The notes under the pieces were generated by a model. That model did not search any database. It was given only the letters and a program-made list of their open reading frames with translations, and was not told the DNA's origin. From a virus (Duplodnaviria; Caudoviricetes): a stretch of DNA of 29,105 bases. Position numbers and translations under genes: made by a program. This document shows, in pieces, positions 18,051 to 27,360 of this stretch; position 1 is the stretch's first letter; each line of letters starts with the position of its first letter. The stretch lies in IMG/VR virus record IMGVR_UViG_3300017774_008386, positions 1 through 29,105 of that record. One strand, 5' to 3'.

Positions 18051-21000
18051 TGAAAAATTTTGATAGTTCGCTAATTGGAGATTTAAACGACGACGATTTT
18101 ACTAAATACGTTACTTCGTCTGTATTTGAACTATACCCAACAAGTAGCATAAACGAAAATAACACAGTTTACGATCTCTTTCCAGCTATACTAAACAGAC
18201 CACCAATTATTACCAATTCTATATCGGAAGCTTCGCTACCAAAGATAAAGAATATATCTATGGCTGATGCAACTGGTACATACTTGTATAGTGACGAAGA
18301 GAGGGTTATTAAGGTTTTAAAAGGTGTAACTTTTACTTTAAGATTAGATGCAATACAACCAAACACATTAAATATTGAAAATGGTATTCCTAAAGTAATT
18401 TTACCAAACGAAAAACTAGAATTTACTTGGAAGCATAACGACAGCAAGATTACCTCTACAGAAATACCATCACTACAGAACGCTATAACAATAGAAAACA
18501 ATACAATTCGATTTCAAAAAATACAACCCATACAAGCCGGAGTATATACGTGCACGGTAACTAACGATATAGGATCTACAGAGTCTGGACAAATTACGCT
18601 AGAAGTACAAAATCCTGATAGAGATAATATGTTTTATCGAAATCTTGTTAAAAACGGAAACGCTACTAACGGTGTAGAAGATTGGGAGTCTGCAACTGGT
18701 GATTTATTGGCATTCAAATTAAATACAAAGCCTGCAGAAAAATTAATAGAGCCACATAAGGCAAAGCTATTTGGATACAACACAGAGCATATGCATCCAA
18801 AACCATATCAATTAGATGTTGGAGTAGTAAAAGATATAAACTATGAAAAAGATTTTGTAGTAGGAGGAGGTGGTGGTTACTTTACAAGAGGCATTTATAA
18901 GTTAGAAAAAGCTGGAGGAAAGTCTTATGTAAAGTTTTATCAAGACATAGATGTATCTTCTATTCAAGATATGATAAAGGGTGGTGTATATGGAATTGAC
19001 GGCGTAAGAGCTGTCTTTGGGTGTTATATAGGTAATGCACTAAGTTATTATATACCGACACTACCATTGATGGCTACAAAAGCTGGAACATCGGATCCCA
19101 AAAACTACTTTCAGGGTGCTCCACGAATCTCTGCAGAAAACTTCTTAAAAGCAGGACCAGGAAAACCAATTGGTCAAGCGTATGTTACAGTCGAAGAGTA
19201 TAATAAAGAATCTAAACTACAATCAAAAGTATTAGATAGCAGTGGTAATATTCGAGTAGTTAATAGAGTGGCATTACAAGATCCATGGAAAAAGCAACTA
19301 GATAGGCAGTGGGGTATAGCTCGTAATTATTACGAAGAAGACTTATATCTTATAGGAGAAAAATCAAAAGGTACTTGGCTCGATAAAGTATTATTTGCCG
19401 CAGATGAATTGTATCCACAACGAAGCTTTAGACCAACACATGGACAGTATTTAGAGTTTAATAGAGTAGTTTTAGATAGACTTAATCCAAATACTACAAA
19501 AGTTCGAATAACGTTAAATTACGGTATAGATGATATGAGGATTTGGGCAACACACGAAAACGAAGAGTTTGGTCTAGAAGATATGCCAGAGTTTATTAGT
19601 TGGGAAACAAATTGGCCAACAAATAAATTTGAACCACAAAGCGAAAATAATAATACCATAAAGTGGATACGAGGCTTAGAGACTAATGGGTTTAAGGATA
19701 AAACTATCAAAACAGTAAGAAAAGCACCAGCGCCTAGAGTAGCAATAACAGGATTATCTTTAAGTCTATTACCTATAGAAAAGCAAAATCAACAAACAAC
19801 ACAGTATTATACTAACGCTACATTAAACGAAAACAATAGACCAGCAGAAAAAATAAACACACCATTAGACATTGGAACCGTATACGATCCTACCGGTAGA
19901 TTAACTAGGAACCTTTATATACAATTTCAACATCGAGGAAGTTTTACGTTAGAAGAACCTGAACGGTTTAGAACATCAATAGCTTTATATGAGCAAATAG
20001 CAGATGTTGTTCCTGGTCCACTTACAGTCCCTGGTCCACTTACCGCATTATCAAGCAAAAAAGATAATGGAAAACATATAATAATACCACTACAACAAGA
20101 TGGTTCAATAAAGGTTTATGGAGTATCACCGGAAAACCAAGCAACTCAGATGGACTCCGTAAGTGAGACAGTACCAGCTTATGCTAAAGTAGTGTCAAGT
20201 ATTCCACACAAGGCTTTATGGGCTCAAAGAAATAGCAATGCTTCATATATCGAGATTGAAGAGCTTCCGGAAGACCTACAAGCAAAAATAGATGATAGCG
20301 TTACAGCGTACATGGATTTTGCATCCACACTATATAATACACTCGAAAGAAATAGTACTGTATTTTGCTCACTTACACACCCGCTAATATTGCACTCTGG
20401 TTACTCTAATAAGGAAGGAAGGCAATTCAACCTAGCACCATACAAAGATTATACAGCAATACCCACTAATGCTATTAATGCTAATACGGTTGTACGGGTA
20501 CAGAAACCACACGACTCAAAATGGACAATCATAGATGAACCATCATCGACTATACTTTTAGGTATAGATAAAAATAAAATATTTCCAGGAACAGCTCCAC
20601 AAAGCACGCTAGTAGCACAGTGGGCTGGAAGATTCCGATATATATTACACTATATGTCACGAAACTCTGTAGACCAGAGTACAGTAGCAAAGACTTATTA
20701 TTTAGATATAAATACTAATCCAAAAACACAGCAAGTAGTAGGGTCGTCGGGTATAGACATAAGATTGTATAGTGATACAACAATACAAGATAGTATCCCA
20801 GCAGAGTTTGAAGTAAAAGATTACAGAATAAATGATATGGAAAACTTTGAATTTGATTTACCAATAGAATTGCTTTCAACACCAGCAGATGAAGGAGGCT
20901 TAGGTATTCCATTAATTACAAACTTTACAGCAAACTATAACGGTGCAGCAACATTAGCAGTGCTTATGAACGCTCCACACATGGTAACACAGGATATTAT

Positions 21001-21985
21001 TGATAAGTACTTTGATATAGCACTTGCTGCTATAAACATATCAACAAGTGCAGCAATACAGCAGTATAGGTTTGCGAACCGTGAGTTAGTTGCTATTGAA
21101 GAAAAAAATACTATAATCAAAGTCTGGAGTGATCAAAAGTTTAGTGCTATTTCTTTGATAAACAACATTAAAGAGACTGTTATGTTAGTTCAAGAAAAAT
21201 TAGAGGAGGTGAAGGAGTGGCTTGGTAGTGTTATCCAGGGAGGTTTTGAACAAATTAGAGATTGGATTATTAGAAAGTTACGTGAAATAGACTTTGATTA
21301 CAGAATTGGAGCGTGGGGAGCATATGTTTATCCTATTCGCTGGGTGGGTGATATTAGTTATGGTGGAAGAACCTTAAGAGACTGGCAAACCTACTTTGAT
21401 CAAAGGGACGATCAATACGAAAGAGACTTAGCAGAAAAAGAGCGACTAGAGAGAGAAGAAGAAGCAAACGCAGCTATGGCAACTCTTAACATGGAAAAAA
21501 ATATTGATCAAATAAATGAAGATAAAGCCGCATTTAAAGAAACTTTTACGGAAGACTTAAATAATCTATTGTATGGAGGCGGTACCCTAACCGTTAAAGA
21601 TTTTTATGAAGACTATCAGTTTGATAAAATAGAGAATACAGATATCGAAATTCCATATCCAATACTAGATCCAAGATACGAAACAATACTATACGCAATG
21701 ACACTAGCTCCCCAAGACGATGCAATTATTGCTGACGGTTCACCTATGAGAGGAAGAAGTACAAATGGAAGGATGTCATATACCTGCAAATACCTACCAG
21801 TAGAAAACATAGGTAAAGGACCTTTACGTAGCTTTCCACAACTGCCTCCAAATGAGTATAAAATACTTACTAAACCTGCAAATGTAAAGGCCTTTATAAG
21901 TGGAATAAAAACACCACTACTAACAGACGAAGCAAAAAAATATTTCTATGCAGCACTTTTGCTAAAAAATACGAAACAAAGCTAG
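18050..21985 (+). CDS. Large virion protein: Ig-like domain, jelly-roll (galactose-binding/FBA-like) domain and helical C-terminal region
   Basis: FTWKHND...QAGVYTCTVTNDIGS (Ig I-set); NLVKNG.....W, QDIDVS and PNTTKVRITL. Confidence 0.7.
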   Translation: MKNFDSSLIGDLNDDDFTKYVTSSVFELYPTSSINENNTVYDLFPAILNRPPIITNSISEASLPKIKNISMADATGTYLYSDEERVIKVLKGVTFTLRLDAIQPNTLNIENGIPKVILPNEKLEFTWKHNDSKITSTEIPSLQNAITIENNTIRFQKIQPIQAGVYTCTVTNDIGSTESGQITLEVQNPDRDNMFYRNLVKNGNATNGVEDWESATGDLLAFKLNTKPAEKLIEPHKAKLFGYNTEHMHPKPYQLDVGVVKDINYEKDFVVGGGGGYFTRGIYKLEKAGGKSYVKFYQDIDVSSIQDMIKGGVYGIDGVRAVFGCYIGNALSYYIPTLPLMATKAGTSDPKNYFQGAPRISAENFLKAGPGKPIGQAYVTVEEYNKESKLQSKVLDSSGNIRVVNRVALQDPWKKQLDRQWGIARNYYEEDLYLIGEKSKGTWLDKVLFAADELYPQRSFRPTHGQYLEFNRVVLDRLNPNTTKVRITLNYGIDDMRIWATHENEEFGLEDMPEFISWETNWPTNKFEPQSENNNTIKWIRGLETNGFKDKTIKTVRKAPAPRVAITGLSLSLLPIEKQNQQTTQYYTNATLNENNRPAEKINTPLDIGTVYDPTGRLTRNLYIQFQHRGSFTLEEPERFRTSIALYEQIADVVPGPLTVPGPLTALSSKKDNGKHIIIPLQQDGSIKVYGVSPENQATQMDSVSETVPAYAKVVSSIPHKALWAQRNSNASYIEIEELPEDLQAKIDDSVTAYMDFASTLYNTLERNSTVFCSLTHPLILHSGYSNKEGRQFNLAPYKDYTAIPTNAINANTVVRVQKPHDSKWTIIDEPSSTILLGIDKNKIFPGTAPQSTLVAQWAGRFRYILHYMSRNSVDQSTVAKTYYLDINTNPKTQQVVGSSGIDIRLYSDTTIQDSIPAEFEVKDYRINDMENFEFDLPIELLSTPADEGGLGIPLITNFTANYNGAATLAVLMNAPHMVTQDIIDKYFDIALAAINISTSAAIQQYRFANRELVAIEEKNTIIKVWSDQKFSAISLINNIKETVMLVQEKLEEVKEWLGSVIQGGFEQIRDWIIRKLREIDFDYRIGAWGAYVYPIRWVGDISYGGRTLRDWQTYFDQRDDQYERDLAEKERLEREEEANAAMATLNMEKNIDQINEDKAAFKETFTEDLNNLLYGGGTLTVKDFYEDYQFDKIENTDIEIPYPILDPRYETILYAMTLAPQDDAIIADGSPMRGRSTNGRMSYTCKYLPVENIGKGPLRSFPQLPPNEYKILTKPANVKAFISGIKTPLLTDEAKKYFYAALLLKNTKQS
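20012..20043 (+). repeat. 18-bp-period tandem duplication (CCTGGTCCACTTAC x2) encoding VPGPLT x2
   Basis: Exact 14-mer at 20012-20025 and 20030-20043. Confidence 0.9.
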
Positions 21986-22010
21986 TTATTAGTATACTAG
22001 GATATGTAAT

Positions 22011-25000
22011 ATGGCTTCTAAACAAATAGCAGTTCAAATAAATAATATAACTGAAGATGTAGCAATCCGAGCAGGAGAGTTTTTTCTCCTTCCAGAAAAT
22101 CAAGTACCTCCAGTAATAGAATCCGATATAACCAGAAACGTAATTCAAACAACATGGATTGATGGATACATAGACGGGTTACCTTCCTATAAAACTCTTG
22201 AGCCAATTAACGGTACAATTACAATACTAAAAGGTACAGCAGTTGAGTTTAGTGTAATAGTGTCGGATCCATCCATAATTAATCCAGTCACTTTAGGCGA
22301 CGATGTGGAGTTGCAGTATGTTTGGAAAAAAAATGAAGAAGATATTGTAGCAATTAATGCACTAGAAAATGGAAAAGGAATATCGGGTATAGCTATATCA
22401 GCAGAAAAGTCAACTGAAGAAGCAACAGGGTATTATGAATGTCATATATCTAATAGATATGGAACAGTAGTTTCTGAAAGATTAAAGGTTGTAATAGTTA
22501 ATCCACTAAAGCATCCTATGCTTTTTACCAACATACTAAAAAATGGATCATCTGCAACAGACTGGGAAACAGATGAAGGTATAATTACTAGAACTTTTAT
22601 CGATAATTATCCACAAGCAAATGGATGCGGTAGTCTTCCAAATTTACGGTATTGGGATTATGGTAGAAGGTTTAATAATATGACGTATGAGTGGGAAGAG
22701 AAGTTTGATAGCAGTGGTAGTATAATTGAAGCAAATAAAAGAAAAGCTCCTAGATACCCCTCCGCTAAACAGGATTTTGGATTTTATCAAGGTGCCTTAG
22801 ACGCATCGCTGTACAACGTATTTAAAATTTGGAGGTCAAAAAATCCACAATGGTACAGCATGAACTCCGCAGATCTTCCTAAGGACGGCGGAACAATATT
22901 ACCAGACTGGCTAAATTGGCAGCTAAGAGAATTTCCTCCTGCCTTAACATCCAACGAAGACGTTGATACCTTTCATCAAAAGTGTGGAGCATTTTATCCA
23001 GGACTTAATTGGATCGACAAATACAACAACAACAATCCAAATACAAGTCTAGTCGGAGAAGCAGCTGATAGCATGCTTACATACATATCGCGTGATAAAA
23101 TCAAATTTGAAAAAGATGGAGGTGCAGCAACCGTAACTTGTACACAAACAGTAGATTTAAACGAAATCTCGCCATTAATAGATGGTAAGGTTTTAGGAAT
23201 AGAAAAAATGGCAGCTCAGTTTTTTGGATATGCGGGAGCTGGAATTACTGGGTATAAAATAAAAGCAAAGTCTTACGATAAGGATGGAATTTCAGGAACA
23301 AAAGAACACAACTGGTACATCTTAAATCCAGAAGATTTTTGGGAGCATTTAAAAACTAACACATATCTTAACGTTGATGGAAATCGCCTACAAATTGTTC
23401 CATTTAGCAGTATTGAGATAATACCGTTAATGGAAGATGAGACCGATATAGAGCTAACAATGCAAGGTGCTGAGGGTGATGATTTAATAACATACAAATT
23501 AAACACACCAGACGTCCAGGATATTTTTGCAGTAAAAGAAAAAGCGTATTTACCGCTTACTTGGTACCCTATATTTGAACTAATGTCAGCTTATCACTGC
23601 GACATTAAAGTTTTTGGCCAAATATATGCAACAACTCGATCATTAAAACCACTAATGTCGCCAACAACGTCTAAGTTAGAAAAAGCATTACTGAGAACCG
23701 ATTACAGTATAATGTGGCTTAATGGTATTGATAAAACGTTTGAAAAATACCATAGCTTACAACTGCTAGCCCACGTAGTTGCTAAGAGAGAACAACTGGC
23801 GCAAGTCTATCAAGAGTTAGCTATAAAAAAGCAGGCATCAGATGAAGCAAAAAGAGCATATATAGATACACAACACAGGGTAGCACAAGAGTTGGCACAA
23901 AGCGGAATTTTTCCAAACCCTAGTAGAGTTATCAATGACGAAGAAGTAATTGCTGCTAGAAGCGCATACGATTCTATAAAAAGCCTATATGAGCAACAAG
24001 CCCAAGCATGCCTACTACTAATACAGGCATACAAACCGTACGAAGTATTAATGAAAGTGTGGGGTAATAACGCACTTGCAAACACAGCAACCACCAATGC
24101 AACAAGCTCTGAGCTTGCAGCTATGGCTTTAGATTTACGTGAAAAATATAAAAAATCATATAATAGTGTTGTAGCTTTTTTAGCATTACAACCTTCCAAT
24201 GTTCCAAGTATAGTACCAAACCTTAAAACACCTAACGGAGTCAGTCCTCTTTCTGTTGTAAAAAATCGGCTTGGAAACTGGATTGTAAATACTAGCGCCT
24301 ACTTATCCGTTGATCAACAAACAGCTAATCCAATACTAGCTTCTGATCCTATAAACTGGAATCCAACTACTTTTTTTCAAAGCATATATAGGCTATCCTC
24401 GTTTCGAGGATCCGAGGGTAGATATTCCAAAACAACAATAAATGCTGTGTTTTTAAATAAGCAGGTTTGGTGGGATACAACACCAACTACGACAACAGAA
24501 ACTTACACTGACAGTTTTGGGATTATCCGAACAAGAAGTAAACAAACGCCTGCAGGAGAACCCTTAAATTTAAGGGAGCTAGATAAGCAGTTTAAGACCC
24601 TAATAGCTAAGGGTTCTTCACCATACCCAATACATTTGTTTGACCAGATTATGGCAAGTGGTTTTTACGTAACAAACCCCGACAAGCTACAAGCTATATA
24701 TGAAACAATTGAAACTTTTTGGGCCAAACAACTAGTAATAGGTGGTGAACAGCTAATAGTACAGGAGCGAGAGGAATTACAACAACTGAAAAATGATGTA
24801 AACAATCTTTTAGACAAAAAAGCTTTAGAATTAGGGCAGTCAATATATACAAGTGTGGAATCCCAGATTATAAGCGAACAAACTCTTATTGAAACAGAAC
24901 TTGGAGAAGATTACTTAAAGCTTGACACACCAATAAGTGGCGTGCTATATGATGCAGATGAAGAATACACTAACACAAAACGAGAATATAAAATCAGGAG

Positions 25001-27335
25001 ACTTACTGCGGAACAACGCTTATGGCCGGATCGGCGTGATTATAGTAATTATTGGGGTAGGAAACAGAAAAAAAACTGGAATGGTCGTCGAGACGCTTAT
25101 AATCAAGAAATAGCAACTATAACAACATTAGATCGAGAACTAGATGTTGCACATTTCCAAAATTCAAAATCTAATTTTCTTAAAAACGCTTTAAAAATAA
25201 CTAGCGTAAGCGAGGATGCTATGCTAGAATTAACAAACCTATATCCTGAAGGACAATTCCCAAATAAAGATACTAAAATGCTGTACATACAAAACCTAGC
25301 AACAGTGGGTTATGGTGAAATAGAGTTTATAAAGTCTAATGAAGTGGTACCTATGACCCCACTCCAACTAGTTAAATTATTGCAATTCCGAAAAAATCTT
25401 ACCGGAACAGCGATAAGCCAGGGTACAGCTCTAAGGCAGTATTACACACGATTTCTCACTAAAGAAAAGAAAACTGCAATAGAAGTTAATTACGAAAAAC
25501 TTAAAAAAGAACTTCCAATTAATATTGCTAAAAGTAAAGCTAATGCAATAGCACAAGCAAGAGCTAGTTTTATTGAAGATAAAAATAATAGAGTAGATAT
25601 ACTTAAAGAGTTTCCAAAATCAATAATAAATAAATTTGAAAATATAGAAACAGTAGTTGATAAAAAAAAGTTAGCTGCACGTCTTATACAACAAATACAA
25701 CAAGCAATGCAGCAGCCTGGCTACGTAGAGATAATTCAAGCAGCGGATATACAAATACAACAAAGTCAAGAAGAACTAAGAAATATAAAAAAAGAAGATT
25801 TTGCTGATAAAAAAGATAAACTTGTATTCAAAGCAGCAACAGAATTTCCGTTAAATTCTCCACCAATACTTCCAGACTATCCTCTTGGACTTACAAGACT
25901 TCAAGCATATATTAATCATAAAAAGGATGTTCTTAGAGCATGGAAGGATAGACAAAAAAGTAGAAACGATCGGCGATTAGCTCAAGAGGCTATAATTTTA
26001 AAACAAAAAAATATTATAGCACTAGCTAACAGTAGTAGGTTGCCAGTAACGCTATACACACGCGCTGTGGATGTTTATGAGGATTTACCTAACAACGAAC
26101 AAGCTGAGGTAAATGGTTGGGGTAGTACAGTTGATACGAGAAGTACTTCTAAAGGTTTATTAGGCTGGGAAGAAGAAAATCACAATAACACAATACGCGA
26201 TCTCGATAATAGACTTGCTTCAGCAGAGGGTAGGATTTGGCCGGACCGGCATGATTGGGAGGGGAGTTGGGGCAAAAAACACAAAGATCACTGGCGCGAA
26301 AGAAGGGATGCTTATAACGCTGAGGAATTGACAGTTTTATTACTAAAACTAGCAGAACTTGTACGATATAGGAGCACCGACTACTACAAAGACGTATATG
26401 GATCTCAAGGACCTCCGGGAAATCCAGCCGGTGTTGGCGGTAGCGATCACTCATACCACTTTAACTCGAATGCTGCATTTTTTGCTAAAAAAGTACAATT
26501 TTCTACTGCATTTCCAACTGAACCAGGTACGTGGGATCAGCTATCTACACTACCAGAAACAAGACAAAAAAAAGCAATCAAAGATCCAGGAGCAGCTGCA
26601 ATGTTTGCCGTTGGAGATACTGTTTTGATTCCAAAAAATACTCGATACATTAAAACTAAAATAACTTTTCGACATACAGGAGAGGCAATATACGATACCG
26701 ATACAGAGACTAGAAACTGGACTAAAGAAGAAATTTATAGAACAGATTTTGATTTTGAAAATCCAACATCAACACCCCTCGAAGAGTATGGTTTTCCTCG
26801 GTGCGGTGTTACAATGGCAAAGTTGTTGATACTAACACAAACAGAACAACTTACACCACAAGTTACATCTTACTATATACCACCAGCAGGATATACCGCT
26901 GTAGGATTGAGAAAAAAAGCGCTTTATTCGACTCTAAATAATACATCTAAATTTGCAGACTTTGGATATAGTTTAATACAACCAGAAACTCCAGAACAAT
27001 TTAGTGGCATAAATCTACAAGATGAAGCAGCAATGATTAGTCAATATCAAGCTAGTTTATTTGTAGCACAACCAGCTGTAGCAGAAAGCGTAGAAGGCGC
27101 TATGTCTGAGACTGATATAATAGCTTATGGAGATTTTATATCAGACGTAGAAGCAGAAGCTACCGATTACGAAGATGGAACAGAAGTGCCAACTGAAGAA
27201 ACAGCTAGTGGTTTAGACGAAGATGGTGATGGAGTGCTAGACGAAGATCAGCAACCTACAAGTCCAACAAATAATACCGAAGAGGCCGACAATAACGACT
27301 CAGAAGAAACAAATACTAGTCCAGGTATTTATTAA
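22011..27335 (+). CDS. Giant virion protein, paralogue of 18050-21985: Ig-like domain, interrupted jelly-roll domain, long helical insert and acidic tail
   Basis: YVWKKN...GYYECHISNRYG (Ig); NILKNG...W, QTVDL and IPKNTRYIKTKITF; D/E-rich C-terminus. Confidence 0.7.
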   Translation: MASKQIAVQINNITEDVAIRAGEFFLLPENQVPPVIESDITRNVIQTTWIDGYIDGLPSYKTLEPINGTITILKGTAVEFSVIVSDPSIINPVTLGDDVELQYVWKKNEEDIVAINALENGKGISGIAISAEKSTEEATGYYECHISNRYGTVVSERLKVVIVNPLKHPMLFTNILKNGSSATDWETDEGIITRTFIDNYPQANGCGSLPNLRYWDYGRRFNNMTYEWEEKFDSSGSIIEANKRKAPRYPSAKQDFGFYQGALDASLYNVFKIWRSKNPQWYSMNSADLPKDGGTILPDWLNWQLREFPPALTSNEDVDTFHQKCGAFYPGLNWIDKYNNNNPNTSLVGEAADSMLTYISRDKIKFEKDGGAATVTCTQTVDLNEISPLIDGKVLGIEKMAAQFFGYAGAGITGYKIKAKSYDKDGISGTKEHNWYILNPEDFWEHLKTNTYLNVDGNRLQIVPFSSIEIIPLMEDETDIELTMQGAEGDDLITYKLNTPDVQDIFAVKEKAYLPLTWYPIFELMSAYHCDIKVFGQIYATTRSLKPLMSPTTSKLEKALLRTDYSIMWLNGIDKTFEKYHSLQLLAHVVAKREQLAQVYQELAIKKQASDEAKRAYIDTQHRVAQELAQSGIFPNPSRVINDEEVIAARSAYDSIKSLYEQQAQACLLLIQAYKPYEVLMKVWGNNALANTATTNATSSELAAMALDLREKYKKSYNSVVAFLALQPSNVPSIVPNLKTPNGVSPLSVVKNRLGNWIVNTSAYLSVDQQTANPILASDPINWNPTTFFQSIYRLSSFRGSEGRYSKTTINAVFLNKQVWWDTTPTTTTETYTDSFGIIRTRSKQTPAGEPLNLRELDKQFKTLIAKGSSPYPIHLFDQIMASGFYVTNPDKLQAIYETIETFWAKQLVIGGEQLIVQEREELQQLKNDVNNLLDKKALELGQSIYTSVESQIISEQTLIETELGEDYLKLDTPISGVLYDADEEYTNTKREYKIRRLTAEQRLWPDRRDYSNYWGRKQKKNWNGRRDAYNQEIATITTLDRELDVAHFQNSKSNFLKNALKITSVSEDAMLELTNLYPEGQFPNKDTKMLYIQNLATVGYGEIEFIKSNEVVPMTPLQLVKLLQFRKNLTGTAISQGTALRQYYTRFLTKEKKTAIEVNYEKLKKELPINIAKSKANAIAQARASFIEDKNNRVDILKEFPKSIINKFENIETVVDKKKLAARLIQQIQQAMQQPGYVEIIQAADIQIQQSQEELRNIKKEDFADKKDKLVFKAATEFPLNSPPILPDYPLGLTRLQAYINHKKDVLRAWKDRQKSRNDRRLAQEAIILKQKNIIALANSSRLPVTLYTRAVDVYEDLPNNEQAEVNGWGSTVDTRSTSKGLLGWEEENHNNTIRDLDNRLASAEGRIWPDRHDWEGSWGKKHKDHWRERRDAYNAEELTVLLLKLAELVRYRSTDYYKDVYGSQGPPGNPAGVGGSDHSYHFNSNAAFFAKKVQFSTAFPTEPGTWDQLSTLPETRQKKAIKDPGAAAMFAVGDTVLIPKNTRYIKTKITFRHTGEAIYDTDTETRNWTKEEIYRTDFDFENPTSTPLEEYGFPRCGVTMAKLLILTQTEQLTPQVTSYYIPPAGYTAVGLRKKALYSTLNNTSKFADFGYSLIQPETPEQFSGINLQDEAAMISQYQASLFVAQPAVAESVEGAMSETDIIAYGDFISDVEAEATDYEDGTEVPTEETASGLDEDGDGVLDEDQQPTSPTNNTEEADNNDSEETNTSPGIY
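24999..25109 (+). repeat. Internal protein repeat, copy 1 (RLTAEQRLWPDRRDYSNYWGRKQKKNWNGRRDAYNQE)
   Basis: Aligns to 26211-26324. Confidence 0.85.
26211..26324 (+). repeat. Internal protein repeat, copy 2 (RLASAEGRIWPDRHDWEGSWGKKHKDHWRERRDAYNAE)
   Basis: Shared AE.R.WPDR.D....WG.K.K..W..RRDAYN.E. Confidence 0.85.
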
Positions 27336-27357
27336 AACTAACCTATTTATAATAAAA
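27334..27357 (+). promoter_or_regulatory. Putative late promoter AAAACTAAC-CTATTTATAATAAAA
   Basis: Near-identical to 14143-14165; 3 nt before GTG 27361. Confidence 0.7.
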
Positions 27358-27360
27358 TAA

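Noticed and set aside
24999-26324. Diversity-generating retroelement TR/VR pair
   Set aside because: Differences are not confined to adenines and many are synonymous; both copies lie in one ORF and there is no reverse transcriptase in the window
26400-26426. Collagen-like GSQGPPGNP
   Set aside because: Only three Gly-X-Y triplets; more likely a flexible linker at the insert boundary
920-26454. Many minus-strand ORFs (61-179 aa) and the + strand ORF 26359-26628
   Set aside because: They overlap well-supported + strand genes and show no motifs; typical shadow ORFs
23670-26460. Intein or intron as the explanation for the large insertion
   Set aside because: No Hint splice motifs, no LAGLIDADG or HNH motif; the frame is open and helical
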